Virus record (IMG/VR): IMGVR_UViG_3300032011_004028
Location: 1-64,000 of that record
DNA length: 64,000 nt
Source: a virus
Taxonomy: Duplodnaviria > Caudoviricetes
Direction: 5' to 3' (one strand)
Shown here piece after piece: positions 9,565 to 18,926 of this stretch. Position 1 is the first letter of the stretch. Each line of letters opens with the position of its first letter. Both the position numbers and the translations under genes were made by a program. The notes below the pieces were generated by a model that made no database searches, was not told the origin of the DNA, and saw only the letters and a list, made by a program, of their open reading frames with translations.

Positions 9565-10055
9565 CCTTTCATATCAGCCACATAATCTGAGCATACGCCC
9601 CAAATTTGTTTTTTGGGAAAATGATTAGATACGTCTTCTCGGGTCAATAAAGGGATAATACTTTTACAATTAATTTCCTCTAGGCAATGAGCCCAAATAA
9701 TTCCATCTATCACAATACCATGTGAATTGCGGCAGTTATGAACGAGGGAATACTTATCGTTTTCATGAAAAAAAACTGCCAACTCTTTATCGCGGTTAAG
9801 ATGGTGAAAAGTAAGAGCACTAAAAGCGTTGAAGTTCTTAGCATGAACTACTAGTTTACTCCTTCTTTCCTCTAGCCATTCATAGGGAATCTCTGCACTG
9901 GGAGCGTCGTGGCCGAGAAAAAATTTTTTATCATTTCTCCAAATATCCACTTCCACAGAAAAACCAGCAGATAGAGCCTCGTCTATATACGCAGGGGTAT
10001 TCTCCAGCTCTGGATTTTTTCCGTTTAAATTTCCACGATGCGAGTAAAGAATCAT
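9561..10055 (-). CDS. Glycerophosphodiester phosphodiesterase-like short protein
   Basis: SHRGNL...ENTPAYIDEALSAGFSVEVDIW...FFLGHD. Confidence 0.65.
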   Translation of the reverse strand: MILYSHRGNLNGKNPELENTPAYIDEALSAGFSVEVDIWRNDKKFFLGHDAPSAEIPYEWLEERRSKLVVHAKNFNAFSALTFHHLNRDKELAVFFHENDKYSLVHNCRNSHGIVIDGIIWAHCLEEINCKSIIPLLTREDVSNHFPKKQIWGVCSDYVADMKG

Positions 10056-10059
10056 AATT

Positions 10060-10878
10060 TTATAAGCGGTGGTAATCCGTCCAATAATTATAGCACTTTA
10101 AAAGGTCTTTTTCGGATTTTATTTGCCCTTTGGTCAAGATACTGGCCCAAGCCTCGAAGTTTTCAACTTCTTCAGGGGTACCCATCACTGTCGCGAAAGG
10201 CGTATCATAATAACCAACTTTCAACCCGTCTTGGATAAGTAAATTATAAACGAGAGTAACATAATATTCCCCATTGTAATTTATATTTTTTTCCATTGTT
10301 AGATCAAAATATTTCTTAATATAAGAGCCTTTCTTAAAGTAATAAGTCCCAGTAGAAGCGTGTTCGTTCATTGGGTTATCTGTATAGCATTCTTTTTCTT
10401 TTATTTCCGTCACTATCCCATCCTGATCTTTCATGAATGCCATTTTAGTATTGTTTAAGGTATGGGGGTGGAATCCGGTATGAGAAAGTACACATCCATC
10501 TAAATTATTATGGCGAACATGAGCCTCAAACTCTTCTCGGTTCCATATGTAGGGGTTGTCACAGTAAGATACGATTACCTCTTCATCGTCTTCTATCAGG
10601 TCGTAAACTTTCTGCACTGTGTAAACAGGGCCAAGTTTATGCATAGGCATTGAAACAATTGTAGATCGAGGAGCTAATCGCTTTAAAACATTTTCTATAT
10701 TTGTTTCTTCTAGATGCTTTTGATTGCAAATAAATACAAGTTCATCCTGTTCATTAAACATATCGAGGATATATTCAATAATCATCTTACCATTAACTTC
10801 TATTAATGGTTTTGGATCGGTGTATCCGGCAGTCATGAATCGGGAACCAATCCCTGCCATAGGTATGATAATTTTCAT
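10060..10878 (-). CDS. Sugar-phosphate nucleotidyltransferase (paralog of 8821-9564)
   Basis: IIPMAGIGSRFMTAGYTDPKPLIEVNG, VSYCD, ASTGTYYF, MGTPEE. Confidence 0.85.
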   Translation of the reverse strand: MKIIIPMAGIGSRFMTAGYTDPKPLIEVNGKMIIEYILDMFNEQDELVFICNQKHLEETNIENVLKRLAPRSTIVSMPMHKLGPVYTVQKVYDLIEDDEEVIVSYCDNPYIWNREEFEAHVRHNNLDGCVLSHTGFHPHTLNNTKMAFMKDQDGIVTEIKEKECYTDNPMNEHASTGTYYFKKGSYIKKYFDLTMEKNINYNGEYYVTLVYNLLIQDGLKVGYYDTPFATVMGTPEEVENFEAWASILTKGQIKSEKDLLKCYNYWTDYHRL

Positions 10879-10880
10879 CT

Positions 10881-11552
10881 TTATTCAATACTTATCCACT
10901 CGTCTTTGTATTCAAAGGTTCTGTCTCTCTTAGACCATTGAGGGGTTCCTAGAACAATATCTGCTCCAGATTGGTAAAGCTGTTTTTTGAAGTTAAAGGG
11001 GGCTAATGATATTTTTTTACGAGATAAAGTATTGTCTATAACCTGATGAGGGTTTATTACGTTAAAGTTTACCCCTTCAGTAGAAAACATTTTCATTGCT
11101 ACTTGAGGAGAGCATAAGGCAATGTTATCAAAAGTCCCCCACTCAAGCGACGGGGCGTAGTAAGTGTCTTGTTTTATTTCTTCTGGTATTTCAATTTCGA
11201 GCAGCTCGCAATCGATTCTATGTCTTAATACAACCTTATAATCTAAAAAATTATCTACGTGAGAGATAAGCAGTTCAATACTCTTAAACATTCGATAATT
11301 ATTCCCGCTCTGACCCCCTTGCGCTGCAGTTATGGGATCGATTAGATAAAAACTAACATCTAGGGATGATCGGTTGAGCTGTTTTTCTAGCTCTTCTGCT
11401 TCAGGACTGCGATATGTTAGAATGTATACATCACAATTAACCGCGCCAACAGTTTCGATAGTGTTTTTAATATTCTTAAAAACTCTGTCGGTGTCGGGTC
11501 GCACAACTCCAGTTATCAGAACGCAGATGTTTTTCATTTTAGCCTGATTCAT
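10881..11552 (-). CDS. Hypothetical, possibly glycosyltransferase/WavE-like
   Basis: 223-aa ORF in the island; LITGVVR, VLRHRID. Confidence 0.5.
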   Translation of the reverse strand: MNQAKMKNICVLITGVVRPDTDRVFKNIKNTIETVGAVNCDVYILTYRSPEAEELEKQLNRSSLDVSFYLIDPITAAQGGQSGNNYRMFKSIELLISHVDNFLDYKVVLRHRIDCELLEIEIPEEIKQDTYYAPSLEWGTFDNIALCSPQVAMKMFSTEGVNFNVINPHQVIDNTLSRKKISLAPFNFKKQLYQSGADIVLGTPQWSKRDRTFEYKDEWISIE

Positions 11553-11931
11553 TTCTTAATATTTTGTAAAACTCCTCTTTATTTCTGATGTATTCGTCTT
11601 CATTGAAGTTTTCGGAGCAAAAACATAATAAAATAGTATCTTCCTCTTCATAAGTCTGTTCCGACCAAACTAATTTATCTAGAAAAAAACATTCGTTAGG
11701 CAGTAAGGTCTCTTTATTAAAAACTCCTTCCACGGCCTCATTGTTTAAAGTTATTTTTCCCTTAAGACATATAAGAACTTGACTTTCTTCGCGGTGGGCG
11801 TGGTATCCCCGGGTTTCTCCTTTGCCTACGCCGCTTACCACAAAAAACCTTTTAGGGCTAAAGGGAAAGTTTTGAAATTCTTGAACAACGAGTTGTCCTT
11901 TTGGTGATTTATTAACTTTGAGGGGTTTCAT
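11539..11931 (-). CDS. FdtA/QdtA-like cupin (dTDP-4-keto-6-deoxyglucose 3,4-ketoisomerase)
   Basis: FPFSPKRFFVV, ETRGYHAH, QVLICLKG; start reassigned to the ATGA overlap at 11931. Confidence 0.8.
   Translation of the reverse strand: MKPLKVNKSPKGQLVVQEFQNFPFSPKRFFVVSGVGKGETRGYHAHREESQVLICLKGKITLNNEAVEGVFNKETLLPNECFFLDKLVWSEQTYEEEDTILLCFCSENFNEDEYIRNKEEFYKILRNESG
11544..11586. repeat. 43-bp direct repeat, copy B
   Basis: ctgattcatttcttaatattttgtaaaactcctctttatttct; encodes the cupin C-terminus and the next gene's start. Confidence 0.9.
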
Positions 11932-12824
11932 TTTTTTAAAGATGCTGGAGGGGGAGTTCCGTAAGATTTTTTTTGCTCTTCTATTAATTTGTTTAAGTGT
12001 TTTTTTGCGGGACCTTGTAGGTGTAACCCGTTGAAAAGGATGAAGTCGCCCAGAACTTGATGGTAGCAATAAGGTTTGCCGTCATAAAATTTTACATCTT
12101 TGTGCTCGCCAGTGTGGTTGTAGACACCATCGTCTACATTAAAGTTGTGATCGTAAGCCGTTCCTCCGATTACGTGCATCATTTCCCCAATACGACATGG
12201 TCCTCCGCCATCATCCGCATTATAGTGAAAGGCTTCGAGCAGTGTCATGTCACACACCCCTCCATTAAGGCCAAAATTTAAACGGGTGAGGTAAACGTTT
12301 TTCATTTTAGCGAATTCGTAAGAATTTTTGTTTTGATAATGATTAAATACGAAATCACAAAACTTTTTCAAAGATTTTTGGGTTATAAAAGAAGAGGCCC
12401 CACACGAACGATGGACTAACGTCATTTCAAATTGGCTGTATTTGCGTTTGTACTCTTCCGTCACGTCTGTATAAATCATAACGTCCGTATCCGAATGAAA
12501 AACAATAGGGAGGTCATTCTTTTCCATAAAATCCAAAAGTATAAACCATCGAAGAAAACAGATTAGTTCTATCTGAGCGTCGTTTGTGCTTAAGTTTTCA
12601 TAATTCTTTTGAAAGGCGTTTACTGTTTCGGGCCAATAGTCTTTCAGGTGAGCATAAGAAAAGTTTTTATCTTCGATTTGAAGCTCTTCGTTAGAAATGA
12701 GACGTACCTCGTTTCCCGTTCGGAGGGCCTGCTCGCTGGTCGCCTTGAATATACCGTCACGAAAAGGTTCCACATGATTAGAGGGGCGATTGAAATGTAT
12801 AAAAACAACAGGGATATTTTTCAT
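11928..12824 (-). CDS. Putative GT-A fold glycosyltransferase
   Basis: ICFLRWFIL, FHSDTDV (DxD), GVCDMTLL. Confidence 0.55.
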   Translation of the reverse strand: MKNIPVVFIHFNRPSNHVEPFRDGIFKATSEQALRTGNEVRLISNEELQIEDKNFSYAHLKDYWPETVNAFQKNYENLSTNDAQIELICFLRWFILLDFMEKNDLPIVFHSDTDVMIYTDVTEEYKRKYSQFEMTLVHRSCGASSFITQKSLKKFCDFVFNHYQNKNSYEFAKMKNVYLTRLNFGLNGGVCDMTLLEAFHYNADDGGGPCRIGEMMHVIGGTAYDHNFNVDDGVYNHTGEHKDVKFYDGKPYCYHQVLGDFILFNGLHLQGPAKKHLNKLIEEQKKSYGTPPPASLKK

Positions 12825-13567
12825 TTAAGTTTCATGTAACAAATCCAAGTATAACTGCCGATTTCAGAATCGGTTTCAAATAAGGGATAATCACCGGTTT
12901 CACTACAGATAGAAGGAGGGGTCTCGTAGTCAGCCCAAGGATTTCCCCATCGAGTTTTTTCTTTACTAAAAATAGGGGGGAATTCTACGTATTCCTCTAC
13001 CGTCCTTTCAAAGAGCATTTCTTCTTCTGGCTGAACGGTGTGAAAACTTTTTTGACCATTTGCGTCTAAAACATAAGGTCCTCCAGCTCTTATTTTCTTG
13101 GGGGAGAGGCAGTCCCCTTGGTTAGACGGGTAGTTGTCCTCACATACGATATGTTTGAAGGGGGAGTTTTTCAGGAAGACGAGTCTCTCTGCGAAGTTTT
13201 GGTGGTCGTCCAGAAAAACTAGAGCATCTTCCGGTCTAATCTTAGGGTTATCATTAAATACGGTATCCCAATTTATGTTCTTAATATCGTTTTGAACGTA
13301 ATTCACCTCTGGGTCTTTATAGACTAAATTGCCAAAGTCTACATCAAAGGAAAGAATATTAACTTGAGGCAACGCTTGTTTCATTAGCCATGTACCCTGT
13401 CCTTTCCATACGCCGCTCTCTACTATTAATAAGGGTTTAAGTTTTCTTAAAAGGTTAAAAGTGGCAAAAAGGTGGGGCGACTTCATTCCTCCTTCATTGT
13501 CGTCTATAGGACGTCTCTCGTAAAGATCGTGAAACTCTTTTAGATATTTAGTATAATCTATCTCCAT
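12821..13567 (-). CDS. Putative class I SAM-dependent methyltransferase
   Basis: IVESGVWKGQGT motif I-like, LVFLDDHQ. Confidence 0.55.
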   Translation of the reverse strand: MEIDYTKYLKEFHDLYERRPIDDNEGGMKSPHLFATFNLLRKLKPLLIVESGVWKGQGTWLMKQALPQVNILSFDVDFGNLVYKDPEVNYVQNDIKNINWDTVFNDNPKIRPEDALVFLDDHQNFAERLVFLKNSPFKHIVCEDNYPSNQGDCLSPKKIRAGGPYVLDANGQKSFHTVQPEEEMLFERTVEEYVEFPPIFSKEKTRWGNPWADYETPPSICSETGDYPLFETDSEIGSYTWICYMKLK

Positions 13568-13569
13568 GA

Positions 13570-14709
13570 TTAAGATCTAAAGCTATTTATTGCATTTATT
13601 ATATGCTCTACTTGAGCGTTTGACAAAAAAGGATGCATAGGCAAGCTTAAAAGCTTGTCAGCAAACTCATCGGTATTGGTGGGTGGCCCCGAAAAATACT
13701 CGGCACGATCTTTCAGGCCTTCAAAAGGGGCGCTTTTGTAGGGGGGAATGGGGTAATGAATCAGGGTTGGAACTTTACGTTCGTTTAAGTGATTTTGTAT
13801 AGCTTCCCTTTCGTCAACTAGAAGGGGGTATATGTGGTAAGAATTACGCGTAACATGGGGAGCGTTTTTTGGAGTAACTACGTAGGATGAGTTGATTCCT
13901 TCGGCGTATTTGTTGGCAATCTCCTTTCTTTTCAAATTCCATCTATCAAGGTGAGGAAGTTTATGTTTTAAAAAAACGGCCTGAATGGGATCTAAACGAT
14001 TATTCCATCCTATATCATTATTGTGGTATTTTTTAGGTGACCCATAATTTCTTAACTCACAAATCTTTTTGTAATAATCCGGGTTATCTGTTGTTATGAT
14101 TCCCGCGTCTCCCATCGCCCCTAGGTTCTTACCGGGATACAGGGAATAAACGCATAAATCAGCGTAAGACCCGACCATTTCGTCATCACTTAATGCTCCA
14201 TGCGCTTGGGAAGCGTCTTCTACGATTTTACAATTATATTTATCAGCTAAACATTTGAGTTTTTGTATGTGAACGGGGTGCCCGTAAAGATGAACCGCCA
14301 GTATAATACAATTATTATACTTTTTCCGCCACCGCTTCAAATGCTTTTCTACCTTATCTAAGTCGAGCTGAAAGAAATTATCACAATCGATTAAAGATAT
14401 ATCAAAGTTACCCTGCGTTTGGTGAGCCACTCCTAATACATCTGCAATGTAGCCGTTAGCTGGCATAATAACGTCAGTAGAATCCTTGTAAAATTCAAAC
14501 GATTGGATTGCTAATTTAAGACCATCTGTACCGTTGGATACACCGGCCGCATATTTACGCCCAGTATAGCAAGCGAACGCCTCCTCGAACTCCTCAAGAG
14601 CCTCCCCTCCTATATACATTCCAGAGTCTAATAATTTTTCAAGCGAAGGAGCGCAGTTGTCCTTGATTTCTTTCCACTGACTGGCTAAATCATTAAATAG
14701 TATCTTCAT
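13570..14709 (-). CDS. DegT/DnrJ/EryC1/StrS PLP aminotransferase (FdtB/QdtB-like)
   Basis: GVSNGTDGL, VHLYGH, VEDASQAHGA, SLYPGKNLGAMGDAG, NNRLDPIQA. Confidence 0.92.
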   Translation of the reverse strand: MKILFNDLASQWKEIKDNCAPSLEKLLDSGMYIGGEALEEFEEAFACYTGRKYAAGVSNGTDGLKLAIQSFEFYKDSTDVIMPANGYIADVLGVAHQTQGNFDISLIDCDNFFQLDLDKVEKHLKRWRKKYNNCIILAVHLYGHPVHIQKLKCLADKYNCKIVEDASQAHGALSDDEMVGSYADLCVYSLYPGKNLGAMGDAGIITTDNPDYYKKICELRNYGSPKKYHNNDIGWNNRLDPIQAVFLKHKLPHLDRWNLKRKEIANKYAEGINSSYVVTPKNAPHVTRNSYHIYPLLVDEREAIQNHLNERKVPTLIHYPIPPYKSAPFEGLKDRAEYFSGPPTNTDEFADKLLSLPMHPFLSNAQVEHIINAINSFRS

Positions 14710-14713
14710 TATA

Positions 14714-15532
14714 TTACCAATAGCATCCGTTTTCTACGAGAGATTGATTTTCTGGAGTTTCTTCTTTTGACGGGCGAATCCAGCTGTCATTAATAAACTT
14801 AGATATATCCTCGTGATCATCCCATCTGGCGCCCTTTATTCCGAATAAAATTTGCGTGCCTCCTCCCATGTGAATCCCCGAAATCCCCTTTGTTTTTAAT
14901 TTATGAATAAGGGGCAGTGCAAAAGCCCCCGCTCCCACAATCACAATATCGGGATCAAAATCGACACATTTATTATATAGGTCGTCTAACGCCTCAAACC
15001 AATCACTATACTCACTCTTTCTCATGCTGTGAAAAGGAGATTTCACCACGGAAAGGTTGAAGGCGGGAAGAGTATTTTTACTTCCCCACACCTTATCTCT
15101 TCGCTCGTACTGAGACAAGACGCTTTTATCAAATGGAGTCACAACAGTAACAGACTTGCCTTCTAGGGCCGTACTCCATCCTTCTTCAAAGTAGTAAGGT
15201 TCTAAAGACCTCATGGGACAAGTAGAAAAATTTGAATTGCCCAGCGAAACAAATTCTTCATCTCTGTCTATCCAGCTTGCGAGAATATCCAAGCTTGAAG
15301 TAGATTCAATGTAGAGATCCAAAAAAGAATTCAATACATCGGTTTGGTCGGGGAAAACTCCAGCATTCACGGTAAGTAGCTGTCGAATATGAGGGGGGAA
15401 AGGGACTTTCGCTAATTTAACCTGTACTCCGAGAAATTCTGACATTCCCAATTTCCCTGCCGAAAAAACTTCACCGGAAAGAATTTTATTTTTTACAACA
15501 AGGTTTCCTTTTAGTTGTCCTGCGTCACTCAT
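14714..15532 (-). CDS. Hypothetical glycan-island protein (possibly GT-D fold)
   Basis: 272-aa ORF; IVIVGAGAFALPL...GIHMGG; island context. Confidence 0.45.
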   Translation of the reverse strand: MSDAGQLKGNLVVKNKILSGEVFSAGKLGMSEFLGVQVKLAKVPFPPHIRQLLTVNAGVFPDQTDVLNSFLDLYIESTSSLDILASWIDRDEEFVSLGNSNFSTCPMRSLEPYYFEEGWSTALEGKSVTVVTPFDKSVLSQYERRDKVWGSKNTLPAFNLSVVKSPFHSMRKSEYSDWFEALDDLYNKCVDFDPDIVIVGAGAFALPLIHKLKTKGISGIHMGGGTQILFGIKGARWDDHEDISKFINDSWIRPSKEETPENQSLVENGCYW

Positions 15533-16412
15533 TATTTATTTGCTGCCGCTCTTTGTTGATTCTTTCTCTTAGAGGCTTGAGGTCCTCCTCTATAGCTTCT
15601 GGATGCTTCCCTTCGAAGGGTTTTGTAAAGCATTCCCCTCTTACTTCAGGCTTAAATTCGTGAACCCCGTGGTATACCTGTTCTATTATACTCCTTTCTT
15701 CCGGTAAATGAGCGTTTATCCAAGGTAAATAAATTTTTTCAAAATAATTGTCAATACAGTTTTCTTTACTGACTTTAGCTTTATAGTATTGTATTTTATT
15801 GTAAACCTGAAGAGGAAAAGTATAAGAGTAATGGTACATTTGCACCCCTGTCAAAGCTAAGAAAAATTCGCTATCTATATGCTTTTCTTCTATAGGGGTC
15901 GAGTGACCCATTGTCGGTGGGCGGTGGGTCAACCATTTACTGCCCGGGGTTACTTTAAAAATCCTCAAAAAGTTATCCTTATTAAGTTCAAACCCAGTTA
16001 AATAATCATCAAACCCTCCAAAAAAAGAACAGCTTCTTACTCCAACACTTGTAGGCTGTACCTCTTTAAGAAAGTTAATAGTGGATTCAATGTCATCGGT
16101 TTTGTAAATCTCGTCACTGTCAACCATCCATAAAAAGTCAGTGTCAGGGGCCAAGTTCTGCATATAAGCGTTGCACTGCTCATCTTTCCCTGAGTATTGA
16201 CCATGGGTCACTATAATCTTATTATCGGGATCGGGAAAGTTCTTAAGAATAGAGTTAGTTTTATCCGTGGAGGTTGTTCTTCCTTGATCTTGCCAATATT
16301 TTACCGGTCCTTCGGCAATTAAAATTTGAGAGGCAAAAGGATAGATTTGTTTTAAACATTGTTGAAGGACGAAATCGCCCTCAAAAACAATCATAGCAAA
16401 GGCAATCTTCAT
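15525..16412 (-). CDS. GT2-like glycosyltransferase
   Basis: FAMIVFEG...ILIAEG, WMVDSDE, MYHYSY. Confidence 0.65.
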   Translation of the reverse strand: MKIAFAMIVFEGDFVLQQCLKQIYPFASQILIAEGPVKYWQDQGRTTSTDKTNSILKNFPDPDNKIIVTHGQYSGKDEQCNAYMQNLAPDTDFLWMVDSDEIYKTDDIESTINFLKEVQPTSVGVRSCSFFGGFDDYLTGFELNKDNFLRIFKVTPGSKWLTHRPPTMGHSTPIEEKHIDSEFFLALTGVQMYHYSYTFPLQVYNKIQYYKAKVSKENCIDNYFEKIYLPWINAHLPEERSIIEQVYHGVHEFKPEVRGECFTKPFEGKHPEAIEEDLKPLRERINKERQQINNE

Positions 16413-17278
16413 TTTTTATAATAAGGTTTAATTTTGGAGAGGTAGTCCATATAAAAATGCCTAACGACAGGCATTTTAAATATTTCAAAATTAAAAGTAT
16501 GATCGGCGTACCATCCTGATGTAGGGCTTATATCACCTGTTTTTTCATCGATTGACAAACGGGAGAAATGGTTAAAAACTAAAGGCTGTTCTTTATCGCC
16601 CCATATAATAGTACCTTTAGAGGGGTAAGTGTCATAACAATAAAGCCTAAAGTTCCAAGGGGCTCCGTGGGCAAAAGTTTTGTCTAGAATAGCTACCGAG
16701 TCGCCATATATTTTAGGAAATTCTTCAAGATATTTTTGGTCACCAATAGTGGCTAAGTCGGGCCTCTTTTCTAATAACATTGTCTCATTCCACCATCTAG
16801 CGCATGACTTACCGTCTTCATCATTGTTAAAATAAACTATGCCTACGTTAAACTCTCCATCAGGAGAAAGAGAAGTATTGTGACGGTGACGTATTATTCC
16901 TATACTAGAATCTTTTATTTCATCATATACTATTTGGATGTCTTGATAAAAAAGAATATCCGAATCAATATAAAGAATATGCGATGTTTCTTCTTTTTCT
17001 AAAAGATGACGACAGAAAGTTGAAGCGAGGGACCAGCAGTACTCGTTATACGGTTTCTTTTTTTTATAGTTGACAGAGAGTGGGTTAAAATCTTCTACTT
17101 CAGAAAGTTTTATCCTTTGAACTGAAGCTTCATTTTCTAACGCATTAAAAGATTCGTCATCAAGGCATAAGAAAAATAGGGTGAATTCAGAAGAGGTGGT
17201 AGATCTTAGGGAGTCTAAAAGAGCTCTGCCGAAAGGTAAATATTTCTTATCAACTATAGTGCAAAAAAATTTATTCAT
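16409..17278 (-). CDS. GT-A (GT8-like) glycosyltransferase
   Basis: LYIDSDILF, FNVGIVYF, GDQKYLE, APWN, FNHFS. Confidence 0.75.
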   Translation of the reverse strand: MNKFFCTIVDKKYLPFGRALLDSLRSTTSSEFTLFFLCLDDESFNALENEASVQRIKLSEVEDFNPLSVNYKKKKPYNEYCWSLASTFCRHLLEKEETSHILYIDSDILFYQDIQIVYDEIKDSSIGIIRHRHNTSLSPDGEFNVGIVYFNNDEDGKSCARWWNETMLLEKRPDLATIGDQKYLEEFPKIYGDSVAILDKTFAHGAPWNFRLYCYDTYPSKGTIIWGDKEQPLVFNHFSRLSIDEKTGDISPTSGWYADHTFNFEIFKMPVVRHFYMDYLSKIKPYYKK

Positions 17279-18182
17279 TTGTAAAATTAAAAAGCTGCCC
17301 GGCTTTTGATGGCTCCCAGCTTAAAGTGTCTCTTATTTTTTTTGAAGAAATCTTGTAGCGTAAATCTTGACCAAGACGATTCTCAATAAACTGTATATGG
17401 TTTTCGTAGTCAGATATATCAAACCATCCACAAACTTCTTTAACTACTTCTATGTTATTAAGATGGTGGTAGGCTGATATATTCCAAATATTATTAATCT
17501 GTTCAGAGAAGCAAACTTTGTAGATAGCCGCCGCATTATCCTCTACGTATAACCAGTCCCTATAGTATAGGCCATCTCCATGCATGGGTATCTTGGATTT
17601 TTCTGTAATAGATTTTATTATCCGGGGTATGAGTTTTTCAGGGTATTGTCGCGGCCCATAATTATTACTGCTTCTTGTTATTTGATAATCTATACCATAC
17701 GTTCTTCCCCAAGCTAGAACTAACATATCGGCCGCTGCTTTACTGGCCGCGTAAGGGTTGCTTGGTGTTAATACGTCATCTTCAGTTCTGCCTAATACTT
17801 CTGAATCGTAATCTCCATAAACTTCATCCGTACTTACATGCACAAAAAGAGGCCTGTCATAAGGCTTCCCTCGGAGAAGATTTAGTAAGTTCAATGTTCC
17901 CTTAACGTTTGTTTCTACGAAAACATTTGGCGACGCTATAGCGTTATCCACGTGGCTCTCGGCTGCAAAATTAACTATGATATCGCATAGAGGTAGATGA
18001 TCTATGTCTTTTATATCTTTTTCAATAAAAGTATAATTAGGGTGGTCATCCCAAGGAAGAGATCTACTAGCCGCGTAAGTAAGTTTATCAACATCAATAA
18101 CGCTGTGGCCGTTTTTGAGGCAGAGTTCGACAAAATAACTACCGATAAAACCTCTGCCACCTGTAACTAGAAAAGTTTTCAT
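17271..18182 (-). CDS. rmlB: dTDP-glucose 4,6-dehydratase
   Basis: VTGGRGFIGS, DKLTYA, NFAAESHVD, HVSTDEVYGD, PSNPYAASKA, NNYGPRQYPEKLIP. Confidence 0.95.
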   Translation of the reverse strand: MKTFLVTGGRGFIGSYFVELCLKNGHSVIDVDKLTYAASRSLPWDDHPNYTFIEKDIKDIDHLPLCDIIVNFAAESHVDNAIASPNVFVETNVKGTLNLLNLLRGKPYDRPLFVHVSTDEVYGDYDSEVLGRTEDDVLTPSNPYAASKAAADMLVLAWGRTYGIDYQITRSSNNYGPRQYPEKLIPRIIKSITEKSKIPMHGDGLYYRDWLYVEDNAAAIYKVCFSEQINNIWNISAYHHLNNIEVVKEVCGWFDISDYENHIQFIENRLGQDLRYKISSKKIRDTLSWEPSKAGQLFNFTNE

Positions 18183-18197
18183 TTGTAATAAATCTTT

Positions 18198-18926
18198 CTA
18201 CATGTTCCTTTCATGAAACTTGCGCCTAACTTCTTCTTCTTCCTTAGCTTTCCATTCGTTGGTTTCTTTATTGGTAGACATACCAGCCGGGTTCATGTAA
18301 TAAAGACCTAGTGGAGCGTTAATTTTTCCAAATTTAGCTCCGTTCTCTAAAAAGCGCAACCACATATCTAGGTCTCCTGCTGATTTATACTTGTGGCTAA
18401 ACATGCCACTCTTTTCGTGAAGACTTTTCTTCCAAAGGGGATTATTGTGGGGGGCTCCTCGGTTTAGAATTGCATCCAAAGAGGCATCAGGTGGAGAAGG
18501 GTATACTCCTATAGCTGTGTTATTTTCAAAGGTTTCGTTGGGCGACTGCGTAACTAAAATGTCTCCATATATTACATCAGCTTTAGAGTTGTCCTCCATT
18601 ACTTTTAAATGTATCTCTAAGGACTTAACGCTCTTCCGGTCATCAACATTAGCATTAGTGAGAAACTGTCCTCGAGACATTTCTATCGCAGTGTTCCAGC
18701 AAGCGTAAATACCGGGGTCTTTATCTAATCTAGAATAAACAATATTCGGATATTTTTTTTGATATTCTAGAATAATATCCTTTTCATTATCTGGGGAATT
18801 AGCATCTACGATTATTAACTCACACTTTTCTTCAAAGATGGTTTGGTTGACTATGTCTTCCAAGAAGCCTTTAATATAAGCTCCCCCTTTGTAAAGGGAA
18901 GTTATTATAGAAATTTTAGGATTCAT
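18198..18926 (-). CDS. GT2 glycosyltransferase
   Basis: ISIITSLY, LIIVDANSPD, GIYACWN, NANVDD, GDLDMWLR. Confidence 0.85.
   Translation of the reverse strand: MNPKISIITSLYKGGAYIKGFLEDIVNQTIFEEKCELIIVDANSPDNEKDIILEYQKKYPNIVYSRLDKDPGIYACWNTAIEMSRGQFLTNANVDDRKSVKSLEIHLKVMEDNSKADVIYGDILVTQSPNETFENNTAIGVYPSPPDASLDAILNRGAPHNNPLWKKSLHEKSGMFSHKYKSAGDLDMWLRFLENGAKFGKINAPLGLYYMNPAGMSTNKETNEWKAKEEEEVRRKFHERNM

Noticed and set aside
10892-10899. Single DnaA-box-like TTATCCAC
   Set aside because: Isolated and inside a coding region; expected by chance.
11932-12069. N-terminal 45 aa of the track ORF 11539-12069
   Set aside because: It overlaps the upstream gene in another frame; the cupin fits a start at the ATGA overlap (11931).
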